Assembly (NCBI GenBank): GCA_051294905.1 | Contig: CM119386.1 | Location: 8,060,001-8,124,000 of the forward strand | Length of the DNA stretch: 64,000 bases | Direction of reading: 5' to 3' | Origin: Botryllus schlosseri | Taxonomy: Eukaryota | Shown: piece by piece, positions 13,273-25,200 of the stretch | Numbering within the stretch: position 1 is the stretch's first letter | How the letters are laid out: the number at the start of each line of letters is the position of its first letter | Translations under genes and position numbers: made by a program | Notes under the pieces: model-generated | The model's database searches: none | Seen by the model: only the letters and a program-made list of their open reading frames with translations | What the model was told of the DNA's origin: nothing

Positions 13273-13301
13273 TACATACATACATACATACATACATACA
13301 T
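13273..13301. repeat. (TACA)n microsatellite
   Basis: Direct reading. Confidence 0.9.
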
Positions 13302-13699
13302 GCTCTTGTTTTGCAAATTGGCAATAATACGATGATTGGCGGCGGCGATGACGGCGGTTAAAAGTTATAAACCGAGAAAACAGTGGCTCTAACGAGGATA
13401 TAAGTTGGCATATTTCGATGATCCCTTCGTTTTAATGATATATTGGCATCAACCCTGCATATGCGTCGTGAGAAATGCAAAAGATTTAACTGTAATCGAG
13501 GACGTTGGAATTTGCTTCGTATTGTTATATCGCGATTAGGGTTTATCTCGAGGCTGAAGACCTCTATTATATTTTCCATGTAATTTGCATATAAGGGTTT
13601 AGCATTCACGTTTTCGCTTCTGTGAAAAACTAGTTTTTGGTCAATGAAATGAATTTGCACATTCTTGCCTTCTCAGAATTGGGTGTCAATGCCAGTGAC

Positions 13700-14636
13700 T
13701 AGGGATGGTGTGAACCTCTGAAACGTTCAGGTTCGTGTGAACGCGAACCTTTTTGAAAGGTTCTGTGTGAACGCGAACGTGAACTTCGTGACGTCACGTG
13801 ACGTCATATTGCTAATTCCAACCCTACATTTCAGTGAAGTGATAGCCTTGCAATACCTAGCGACGATTCGGGCCACATAATGCCACAATGCTGAAATACC
13901 TATTGATGCTTTAAACGTGTACAGATGTATCAACTGGGACAATTTCGACGAGAACTTGCAAGGGAATATAAGCTTACGCCTTAACGGTCAAGGTCAGACC
14001 GGACAATGTATTCGGCGTCCCACGTATTGCTAAGTTGATATTGAGCAGAGTGTAAAACGGCTTTCCTTACTTGCTACCGATATTACCCCTTTAACAAGTT
14101 ATACAGCAGTAGCCAACACCCAAATCCACGGAGTTGGTTTTTATGATACAATAAACATATGAAGTCGAGATTGACCCCGTACGCCCGCTAGATTTTTTAC
14201 ATCAGACAAAGATATCAATTTCATTGATTGGTTGGATAAGAGTCATTCGCTGACTACCTACATGTAGTGTTTCGCTCTTGATGCAGTGTGATTGCGGGTC
14301 ATGCTCACAGCAGAGATGAGTCACTAAATATTCGCAAACGGAAAGCTGGATATTTCGAGCAAGCAGTTGTAACAAACAAGTAAAATGTTTGAGATTGTCA
14401 AGGTGCATGCTCGTTTAGTGTTGATTTTTATGCTGCCAGCGCCATGCATATACCGGGCCCGCAGTTGAAATGCAATAAATTTCAACCAAAGATGCTATAA
14501 TGAAGTGAAAATAGTAATAAATGAAAAAGGTTCACAGTGCAGAACCTACCAAGGTTCGTCTGTGAACGTGAACCTCTAAATATCTGAGGTTCACACACAG
14601 AACGCGAACGTGAACCTCACGTTCACACCATCCCTA
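13700..14636. mobile_element. Non-autonomous hAT (Ac-like) element
   Basis: 16-bp TIR tagggatggtgtgaac / gttcacaccatcccta, GAACGCGAAC subterminal repeats, perfect TSD ccagtgac. Confidence 0.9.
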
Positions 14637-14920
14637 CCAGTGACCTGTTCCTAATAGTGACCAGAAACCACAACACCACAGTCGGCCTATAAACATACTC
14701 GACATGGGTGGTCTTTAAGGACCATTCAATGGGAGTATTTCTTACTAAATATATCGATATTTATTAAAAATGTACTGGATAATACACGCATTTTTCAAAC
14801 TACCCAGAATTGCTTCGCGGACCGGATGCGACACGCGCGCCGTATGTTTGACACGCTATTAAAACATGTTTTAAAAAAAGTGACCCGACCCCATTTTTTT
14901 CGTCTGACTGCGCGCCTCAG

Positions 14921-14983
14921 TATGTATGTATGTATGTATGTATGTATGTATGTATGTATGTATGTATGTATGTATGTATGTAT
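14921..14983. repeat. (TATG)n microsatellite
   Basis: Direct reading. Confidence 0.95.
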
Positions 14984-15797
14984 AGCATACACCGTACAGA
15001 GGTATACAGTGAATTTTACAATGTACAATTGTATATACAATATACATACGAACAGTGAATATAATAGTAGGTACTAATAACACTATTTAAATGCGAATGA
15101 AATTTCGTCGCAAAATACAGTTATGGAATCACTGTGGTATACATTGTCACAACGAATGGTATTTGAAAAGCACCTTTGAAGTCAACCCATCTCCAGCAAG
15201 TTCATTACTCAGTAGGAGAAGGTTCAGAAATGAGCTGAATGACTGACGTAGTTTTCTTTCGTGATTGATCTGCATTCCCAAGTCAAATTCTCAGTTGCAA
15301 ATAAACCGTGTTTGCAAATCTCAGGAATGGAACATGCGAATGATGTAGAAGGCTGCGAAAGCCCATAAATAACATCGAAGCAAAGAGGCAAACAGGCAAA
15401 CAGTTTGAGCCGAAACAGGAATGCATTCCTATTCACGGATGGATCATCCTACATAACATGCTCAAGCTCACATATCATAGTCGAGTAACGCTTAAAGTTC
15501 ATTGCCGATGCCGGGGAATTTACAAAAATGATTATTTTGCAAGAGTCCGATCTTCCTAATGTCAAACGAGGTAGACAGACATGTGGTCATACCATGTTCA
15601 GAATTCAAAAAGTCTATATATTGTGAGCTCGGTACTTCCCGCAGAGGCGTATTAGGGATGTAGTTTTACACAGGTACTTTCCAACTTCCTTCGCACAAAA
15701 TACTTTATGGCTTATAACAATGTGATCCGAAAAAAGACTCAATAGCTGTGTTCTTGTTGCCTTATATATGATCTTGCGCTTGTTCCTTATCGTCCCT

Positions 15798-15805
15798 TAT
15801 AAATA
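15798..15805 (+). promoter_or_regulatory. TATA box of beta-trefoil gene 3
   Basis: TATAAATA about 46 bp upstream of the ATG at 15851; Rel-like GGTACTTTCC at 15673-15682 and GGGAATTTAC at 15514-15523. Confidence 0.5.
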
Positions 15806-15850
15806 ACGACCGTAGCGGAGAGTTGGCGAACACTATAAAGTAGCAGCGTC

Positions 15851-16585
15851 ATGAGCGAGAAGACGGTATCGGTGACCATAAGCACTGAACAGTTTACTAC
15901 TAGATCGCCGCCAGTTACTGAAATTCACAAAAAGACATACCCCTGGACACGGGAAAGGCTGGAAGATTTGCGACCACAAAAGACAAACTTTCGAAAGATA
16001 TCCGAGCTCCCGCCTCCAAGCTTGCAGCGGAACGTCGCCGATGAGATCGGTAGTTGCACAAGTACATGTAGAAAGATGATGCGAGGGAGAAAATGGGTGA
16101 AAATAAGGAGTGAGCAAACCGGGAATCTTTGGCAAATTCCAACGGACTTACCATCTACGACCATACCTGTGTCGCTCGAAGTCGCTGACTGGAACGTGTG
16201 CGACTGGGATCTGGGTGAAAATATTCACGTTTTTGCGTTCGAAGATAGAATAAATCAAGATATATACTATGTTAAGTATCGACAGCATGGTGAATCCCGC
16301 AGTTTGATAACAGCAAGTGATGATGTTGATCCGATGTCGCTAACAATGACTGAAATGAAAACGGACCTTCGATGCTTCCATCTTATTCGCGAAAGAGCGA
16401 CGCGCGACCGGAACGGGCGGGCTTATAACATGTGTCCGGTGTCAGCCCATGACATACCGAAAGACCAGCGCCCCGCTGTTGCGGAAGAAAACGGTAGTTT
16501 AGTAATAGTGCAAGGGCTGCGTCATGCTGTACAATGGGATTTGAGATATAGAAGTCGGAAACAACACCCGGAGTATAAATTATAA
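15851..16585 (+). CDS. Putative IL-1-like/beta-trefoil protein 3 (244 aa, apparently intronless, leaderless)
   Basis: 244-codon ORF in AT-rich DNA, TATAAATA at 15798, gcgtcATG start; motifs WDL, IHVFAFE, YYV, TDLRCF, CPVS, VQWDL align with paralogs 1 and 2. Confidence 0.78.
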   Translation: MSEKTVSVTISTEQFTTRSPPVTEIHKKTYPWTRERLEDLRPQKTNFRKISELPPPSLQRNVADEIGSCTSTCRKMMRGRKWVKIRSEQTGNLWQIPTDLPSTTIPVSLEVADWNVCDWDLGENIHVFAFEDRINQDIYYVKYRQHGESRSLITASDDVDPMSLTMTEMKTDLRCFHLIRERATRDRNGRAYNMCPVSAHDIPKDQRPAVAEENGSLVIVQGLRHAVQWDLRYRSRKQHPEYKL

Positions 16586-17334
16586 TATTCGCATATCGAA
16601 CGTTTTATGACTCGGAATGATATGAAATATATGGTGAATGGAATTAATAAGGTAGAGTACTCCTAAGCTAAAGTAGCCTAATTGGCTTCAGCTTATTTCA
16701 TAAGGTATAGGTAACAATGTAAACTTTCCAGAATAGAATTGCTTTATTGTTTCATCTGCTTCTTATTACAGAATGGCAATTGTATGATGTATGATAAACT
16801 ACGAGTTAACGAAATTCGAAAACATGCATTAGCGACATAACGATTTTAATGCTGTTATGCACAGAGGTGTGAATTTATTGTACTTGAAGAGGCATTACGC
16901 GCGTCGCTGTCGCGTGGTCGCAAATTAAAGTTAAAAGTTTGAAAAACATTTGGTCACTGTATTCGAATGGTGGCTACAAGATTTATCGCACTTCATCAAT
17001 CTCCGTGGTCTCCCGGTCACGCGCCATCGCTTCCTAACCCAATCAATGATTTTTACTAAAATTTTCATTGAATCAAAACACCACAAGATTGCGATATATG
17101 CCTAATGAAAAGATTGGAGGGTGTCGAAACAACTTGGAGTAGTCTTTTAATCATACGCCCTTTTCGAAATTTCTGGGTATATCGGCTGACCACTATTTCA
17201 GAATACTTCTGAAATTCGTTCTCTGAGTCATCACTTGGACCCGACTCCCGTTATACCCGATTTTCTACGAAACTACGACGTTCGTTGCGTCGGGTCCGGT
17301 TTTTGATCGCATTTTTGATCGCACTTTCAACAAC

Positions 17335-17714
17335 GATGCAAAACAAATTTGACTCAATTCCAACCAGTAGAAGCAGAGTTATTTCAGTTTTTCGTTGCTA
17401 ATCGTCGGATCAAGGATAATCCGAGGATTATCAACGAAAAACTGATATAACTCCGCTTCTACTGGTTGGAATTGAGTCAGATTTGTTTTGCATCGTCTTT
17501 GAAGACAATGAAGACAACAATTTCACGGGGTTGGCAGAAATTTTTTTTTTTTTTAATTTTCCCTAATAAATTAAAATTTTTAATTGGATCTGCAGAGCCC
17601 TATACTTGTTAGAATTGAACCAAATTTGGTGTGCAGCTTTTTTTAGGGTAACCTGACAATTTCATCAGTGCATGGCTGGAATACGGGAAAAAAAGTTATT
17701 TTTGAACAGTCCTA
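17335..17714. mobile_element. Truncated copy of TAGGGCTGTTCAAAA MITE family
   Basis: Homologous to 19597-20193, with internal palindrome and right end atttttgaacagtccta. Confidence 0.7.
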
Positions 17715-18868
17715 CTGCACGATCACAACTTTCACATGAGCACAAGATAGCACACATACAGTTGGAACCACGAAGGATGTATTAGAAACACAGGAACATA
17801 TCAATGCGGAAGGTAGACATCGCTGCAGACACCCTACGACAGGTCCCGGCCATTCCTGGAATGATCACCATAGAATCTCCCTAAATTTGCAGGTAGTGAG
17901 CACGCAGTATTGCGAGCTATATATCTCTAATTACCATCCAAGTGTCGTAACTGATGCGACGCATGCAAGAGAAATGCAGTCAAATTCTAATCATTCACAG
18001 TTCACAGCACACGTAGCGACTTCCAAAGTCAGCAAATGAGAGTGAAAGGCTGTCACAATTGCAAGACACATCTTCCAGCTTGGCCAAATGGTGCCACATA
18101 AAGCGATTTCGTGACCATAATCCAGACCGCATCCAGGGATGTAGGCCACAGCAAGGCATTTGCGACTCTCGCGATTGAAAGATACTAGTCGATAAATGCC
18201 CCAAGGATAACAGAAGCATACTGCATGACTTGACTACTCTAGATAACCCTGATGACTACGCATTGCGAGCTGATGAAGCCCGCTTGTATCCTTTGAATAG
18301 GTAGAAATTAGCTACTTAAGGGGCTAGGCTACCCTAGAAATTGAAAAAAAAATCAAATGTTTTTTATTGCCGATATTTGTTGTATTAGATGTCATCTTTC
18401 ATATACCCAAGTATTATAATCATTGAATTCACCTAAGTGTCACAAATTGATTTTTTCATGAGACTATGTAGTCAATCTCCCCCCTTAATAGTGAACTCGG
18501 CTACAACCACCGCGAATATCCGAGCCCTATATTACCTGAGGAGGATATCTATGGTGTAATCAACGATGCGTTACAACAGATCAAAACAAACGGTATGCCG
18601 GTCTCAGCACTTTGCAGCCAGTGGTGCCACTCCTAGTGTTTTAACACTAGATCTAGTGTTTTTTCGGTCGTCCTAGTGTTCTAGTGTTTTTTTTTTGCAA
18701 AATTTTGCTAATCTAGTGTTTTTCTGTAATTGTGCGAACAATGAATATTCTAACGTTATACTACTAAATTATACACTAAATTTATTGCTGATAAGGCGAT
18801 TTATTGTCTCTGACTGTGTTTGTTTTCAATAATTCCATGTAGTGGTGTAGTAACAACAAGCAATTAGT

Positions 18869-19140
18869 GAGAGAGAGAGAGAGAGAGATATGATATTCTT
18901 TCTCGCCTGCACCATCGAGATGCTTTGGCGACGGAGTTGCGATACGGCCCCATGAGGTCATCTAGTCTGCGGGCTGCGCCCCCGTTTTTTTTCTCCTCCA
19001 TGCTATCCGTGATTGCTGAGCGCCTAGCAGGATAGCTGCGGATACCATTTTTCGAGTCTTTGGTATGACCCGGCCGGGGATCGAACCCACGACCTACCGC
19101 TCGAGAAGCCGGACGCATAACCATTACACTATCTCGCTCG
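18869..19140 (-). mobile_element. tRNA-derived SINE, copy 1
   Basis: A-box-like tagtgtaatgg, B box ggttcgatcc, core cataccaaagac..ctgctaggcgctcagca, (TC)n tail; near-identical to 26318-26582 and 45424-45740. Confidence 0.88.
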
Positions 19141-19596
19141 TAACAGGGTACGCTGTGAATCCGTACTTATGAGCGAGAGTCTCTGATAAAATGAAGAGCG
19201 ATTTCGCTCTGATACTCGTGGTTTATTGTTGAACTCAGTCTGCAGATTCGGGCATGATTTTCATTTGCCGTGGACAGCATACTTTGGTGTCTTGAATCCG
19301 TTAACAGCCTTATCGACACAAAGAATAGTAAAATTAATCATTCCTCTAGCTGTGCAATTTCCCTCTGTGATATTGATGAAGTTGATGATTCGTCGGAAGA
19401 ATGGGCTGCTTTGGCAAGATCGCAAAATAAGCTGCAGGTTATCAGTCAATGCCCTCCAACAGAATTTTTGCAAAAATTGAAATATCTGTGCACAATGGAT
19501 TCGGTGAATCAAAATTCCCTTTACTGGGTAAGCTCATGATGAATCTCTTGGCATTGCCACATTCCACTGCATTCGTGGAAATGAAGTATGCTGTAC

Positions 19597-20193
19597 CGGG
19601 CTGTTCAAAAATCACTTTTTTTCCTGAATCTTGCTGGCTACGTGATTTAATCGTTAGGCTGCCTTAAAAAACGACGCATACCAAATTCGGATTCTTTCCA
19701 GCCGATAATCGCGGATTTCGTTGAGTTTGAAAATGTTAAATTTGCTCAAAGATACCAAAAACTTTTTCTGCCAACCCCATGAAATTGTCGCACTGTCTTC
19801 AAAAACTATACAAACCAAATTTCACTCAATTCCAAGCCGTAGAAGCGGAGTTATTTGTGTTTTTCGATGATAATTCTTGGATTATCCACCGATCAAGGAT
19901 AATCCCATAATTATCAAAGAAAAACTCAAATAACTCCGCTTCTACTATAGTTGGAATTGACTTGATTTGTTTTGCATTGTCATTGAAGACCGCCCATCAA
20001 TTTCATGGGGTTGACAAAAACAATTGAAAATGTTTTAATTCTTCCTAATAAATTAAAATTTTTAATTAGATCTGCGGAGTCTTATACTTGTTGGAATGGA
20101 ACCAAATTTCGTGTGCAGCGTTTCTTAGGGGAACCTGAATGGAATGGAATGAATGGCTGGAATCCGGGAAAAAAGTTATTTTTGAACAGCCCT
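19597..20193. mobile_element. MITE, TAGGGCTGTTCAAAA family (probably hAT)
   Basis: TIR gggctgttcaaaaat / atttttgaacagccc with internal palindrome; other copies at 17335-17714 and 22480-22845; TSD unclear. Confidence 0.8.
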
Positions 20194-22226
20194 ATGTACA
20201 GTAGTGAGCAAGATGCCACACAAAAGATACTCATGTTTGATGGATGGTGTACAATCGAAAGAAATTTTATGATGCCGTACAATTCGAAAGCGACAATATT
20301 TGATTTGTTCGTGCTTTTGAATTCGTGTCATTAATTTTCGTTGAATAATCATGCATATGTATCAAATTAATGTGTGGAACACTTCCTATCTATGGATTTG
20401 TACCTTGGTCATAATGCTTGGCAACTTGGCAACGGCAAATTTTTCTTGCAATTTACGAATCTAGTGTTTTTTTCGCCAATCTAGTGTTTTTTCACGACAT
20501 AATCTTGTGTTTTTACGGGAACCTAGAGTGGCAACGCTGTTTGCAGCTGGTGTTTCGTAGGTTCTCAGTGACTGGGTTTGGGGACTGTTTTTTGTCAATC
20601 AAAGCTGATATTGATCACTGTTAGAGGCTGGATTGGAGTATCACAGTGTCATTTGATGTGTCATGGCATTTGTCAAGACATGCAATTGACCACGGAATCG
20701 GATTTTGTTCGAGCCATTCACCGTTTTACGGTCGACTATTGAGCGGCTATTGCAAAACGTGGGAAATGGGAAGTCAAAGAATGGAAATCTACTCATTCAG
20801 AACTGTGAACGAATGGACAGGGCTGTCAAAAGCAGAAAACATGGCAATACAGAAGGAAAATATAACATCCTGGCGCTTTTTAGACTATTAACTGTGTGAA
20901 ATTTTGGATTTTCAGAGTGATAATGTGACTTTTTCATGTTACGAAATAAAAGTGGCTTTTTCTCAAAATTTTCTATTTTTCGTACCTTGAAAGTTATGAA
21001 TCATTTTTGTGGCAGACAAAATCGTCCAATCAACGTGAAAATTTGCAGGTATATCACCGTATATGTATCTTGGGATGCTTCTCCGGATGAAACTGTTTAT
21101 TTTCTTTTATAAGTTAAGGGTCCCTTCCCTTTAGGTTCAACTAACTCAAAAATTTGCAAAAATTTTTATTTTATTTTAATTTTCAATTTTTTTTTTCAGA
21201 GAATAACCCTTGTTGAAAAAAAAAAAGTTTCATCCGGAAATTAGGGGTAATTTGAATCTATTATAGGCACCAAGAAAAAATTTCACTTCAAAATTTTGCC
21301 AGAAAAAAGTTCACAAAAAAATAGTTTGAAAAATCATAAAATCGGATGAAAGTCAAAAAAACGTTGACCATTTTCCACCAAATTTTCACCAAAGTTCGAC
21401 TGTCCAACACAGCACCTTGTGTCAAAATTTCAGAAAGATTGCTTCATTAGTATCAAAGTTATGGTTATATTACTGATTTCCCAATTCGAGGGGTAGCCTA
21501 GCCCCTTAACCCCTCTCGTTATTCTACCGCCAAGCTACTGCGCAACTTCACAGTAGCCAGGACCTAGAAACCTTGCTTTCACGTTTCACCTGCTGAGTAT
21601 ACAACAATTGCTTTCGTTGATGCAAAATTTCATGTCAATAAAATGTAATAGTTTGAGACAAACAGACGTACACAACAAACAACACTATGCCAACGGAAAT
21701 CGCATTCAAAACTCCACGGAATTAGACACTGAATAGGGCTGATGTTCAGAACAAACGACAGCCATCCGATCACGGCGGAACAAAAACATCATCTTATCTT
21801 TCTATTTTTTTTCATGGTGGAGTGCGAAAAATATAACAAATGAATTTACAACTCGAAAATTCATTACCTAGTAAAAAATGGATATGGCAACGACAGCTCA
21901 TACCAACTATGCACTGACCGCCGGATCGAATAAGATACAGAAAATTGCGTACATGCTTTTGTCAATAACACCACATATATCAAACTGCATGCTATTTATT
22001 CCACGATTTCAATAGGACCTCCAAAATACTGTTGATAGACACACTTGCAAAACAATAATAGGCACCGTCTACGAATAAAGTACCTCCTAAGAGATGTGAC
22101 AAATTTCCAGTCCAACACGGCGCGCGCGTTCCGCGAGACCAGTCCAGCCGCCCGTTACCGGGGACCGACCCACAGTGGCACGGATATGTTTCTTCAATCT
22201 TACGAGAGTAAAATAATATTGCACTA

Positions 22227-25200
22227 TTAGCTGTTCATAATTTTGCCACACATCACTGAATTGCCCTGCTGCAAGGGTAGAGTTTTGCCGAGATTTTTCG
22301 CTTTCCGCCTCGTGAGCGTTAAAAGTTTTCTGTGGGTCCCTTTGACCTTTTCGAATTTTCTCAATGATTTCCTGCAAAACGTTTACGAAAATGAGAAGGT
22401 TGGCTGCACACTGGTTTTGGTGCAATTATTCCAACCTATAGAGGCATTGCTGTAAGAGAGAAAAGTTTTGGATTTATTTAATAAAACTAAACAATAAAAA
22501 TTTACTGGCTACTCCATGAAATTGTTAGGTTGTCCGAAAATAACGATGCACAGCAAATTTGGCTCACCTCCAACCAGTACAAGCAAAGTTATTGGAGTAC
22601 AAAATTTTGGATTTGGAAAAAGTAGCGTTCACGGTGGCTAGTTCTTGAATTATTTATTACAAGTCTACCCACCGTAAATATTATGATTTGAAATCTTAAA
22701 GTTTGAACGTCAACGACTTCGTTTCCACTGGTTTGAATTGAGCCCAAATTTGGTTTGCAGCGTTTTTTTAGGTAAACCAATCAATTTTATCAAGTTATCA
22801 AGTAGACAATAGAATTTAAAAGAAGGGTATTTTTGAACAGCCCTATTATACATTGTTGGTGGCTGGTATATAATTGGTCCTAGGTTTTATCAGGGGTGTT
22901 CAAAGTACTCATCGTCGGCACTCATGTTTTTAATCAAGTAAAAACTGAACACTGAGTCGTCTAATATCATAACCAAGTGAAGAAGTACTACAAGTAGAGA
23001 AACTCTACTTGTAGCACTTTGAAAAGTAGAACTACTTCGTTACTGGCAACCTCTGGGTTTAATTAGGGTTCCATGGAATTGGAAGTAATGATCGAGACCA
23101 GACTTGTATCAACTACTGGATTATAAAATAGTGCAACTAGAACTAGAACTACTCAATTTTCAAAACCTGCAACTAGAACTACTCAAAAAAGACGTTAGTT
23201 AGTTAGTTGACCGTCAGCTAACTAAACAAGTAGTCTGTACGAGTCTCATCGAGACAGATAGAATTGAGAAGTATGAATTGATGACATAGTCCTAATCCAT
23301 AAGCGACAGTCGATTTGCCTACTCCCCACTGCCACTGCCCTAGGCTGAGCGAGAAAAAAGATTTGCGAGGGGCATGAATTTTCAACAAGGACGTGACGTC
23401 ACCAAAGCTAAGATTACAATTTCCAAATCCAAAATTTCTGAAGAAACAACGCCGCTTTGCGTATGGCTATGCCATTGTCTACTGCCCAGTCTAATTTCAA
23501 ACTCAAAACGAAAGCATTGGTCACTGTATCAACCACAAATTATGTGCTGACAAAGCTCTTACCTCATAAAATCTCAAATTACACCTAAATTTTAAACAGC
23601 ATACTTACGTGAACGTAAAATCTGGATATGATATCCTTATACAAGACTTTGGTGGTAGAGTTGAAAAACCAGTGAACACTGACAAATCGATAGAAGCCTG
23701 CATGTCAGCGGAATGACGGACAGAAGCGCGGACTATTGGCGATTCCAGCGACAGCCGGCATTGGACTGATAACGCTCCGCTGCCAAAAGGAAACGCGCAT
23801 CGTAAGATGCATGTTCTTTGACAAGAACGATCGAGACTTACCCGGTAGTGGTTACGATCTCAACAGTTCGACTCCAGAGCGAAAAATCAATTTCCGCGGT
23901 GATTTTTGTGGAAATAGCGCCCAACACTTCGGCTTTCACGCGCAGCCCTGACGCCATCGGTATGTGCTGCAAGATAGTGTTACGGTAGATATTTGCGCGG
24001 CAAAAAGTTTGATTTTGGTCAACATCACAGTTGATAGATGATAATTAATGATCACATATTATGTAATATACAGATTGCCACAAATTATGAAATACACACA
24101 TGTTCAGTGAGCCGAATGAGCAAACATTGTTCGCATTTGTAGTGTGACCTGGGACGGCTCATTTGATATCCATGCATACCACGGCACAATCAACATATCA
24201 TAGTGAATAGGTATGGTATGAAAGAGATGAAAGCATCGTTAATATTATGCATAGGAATCGGTGACTCAAATCTCAATAATGACGTCACAAACGCTTACTT
24301 CGAGATGATCCACCAGCATCAACATGGCTTCCACCCCGCTCGGTTCTCCGGAGCTACCCTTCCACGCCAGGGCCATCATCTCACCGTAGCCCCGGAAGAA
24401 GGTCAAAGGCCGTAATTTGACCCCCATCATGATGGACGACATTCCGACCATGGAGTCGAATTCCTCTTCTCCCGGATCGTGAGCACTGCCGATGAGAGAT
24501 TCCAGGCCTTGCACGACGATACCAGCCTGAAAGGAGAGAAGCCATAATGTTGCGGTGTACTGGTCAGTGGGGTTTTTCAGTTCAAAGATAACTTTTTTTA
24601 CTGAACAGCCCTCTTGTAGGACCAACTGAAAATAAGTTCTAAACTTGCTCCTATTTGTCGTCTCACTATTCATTTTACTTAGTCGCGAAGCTGAATCCTA
24701 CGATGAACTGTAAAAAGTATTCGAACAAATCTACTATTTTGAAACTGCGTACTTGATTAGATTTTGTAAATTCATTTTCTAGTTCCACTCAAAGTAGTTT
24801 TGATGACTTGGAAATCACTACTCTTGTTCTAATCAAGTAGAAATTTACTGTGTCGCTTCAACTTCGATAACGCCACCAGAATTTTACAGGGGGTTGTAAT
24901 CGTCGGCACAGAACAGTGATGTGTGTTCTTATATTCTTATATGGAGACACGATATTGATGGACTGAAAAAGCCTGGCCACCATGAGTTCTGAAAACTACA
25001 CTAGCTACATCTAGCAGCTTTAGTTCGCTTGATACATCAATCAATTCTCTATCGCAGAATAGCATATTGATGATGTATATTAGGTATGGCTGCAGCTATA
25101 TTTTTGTAACTGCCTAGGTACTTCATAGTAATATAGGTATGCTTCAAATATTTGGATATAGCCTCTATCATTAATGATCACATACATGTGAATAAAGTCA

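Larger units (their letters stand above)
18619..20539. mobile_element. hAT element with transposase remnant and nested SINE + MITE
   Basis: TIR cagtggtgccactcctag / ctagagtggcaacgctg, CTAGTGTTTT subterminal repeats, perfect TSD tttgcagc; internal FPLLGKLMMNLLALPHSTAFVE (hAT dimerisation motif) at ~19510-19580. Confidence 0.88.
18320..21504. mobile_element. TTAA-flanked inverted ends (Kolobok/piggyBac-like); one nested 3.2-kb element or two opposed copies
   Basis: ttaa|ggggctaggctaccct at 18316 and agggtagcctagcccc|ttaa at 21508; an alternative TTAA end at ~18488 makes the boundary ambiguous. Confidence 0.45.

Noticed and set aside
12642-15083. ORFs spanning the N-gap and the (TATG)n microsatellite
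   Set aside because: Artefacts of Ns and stop-free repeats.
18869-19140. tRNA gene-like head (also 26318 and 45424)
   Set aside because: No cloverleaf 3' end; followed by a shared non-tRNA core and (TC)n tail, so a SINE.
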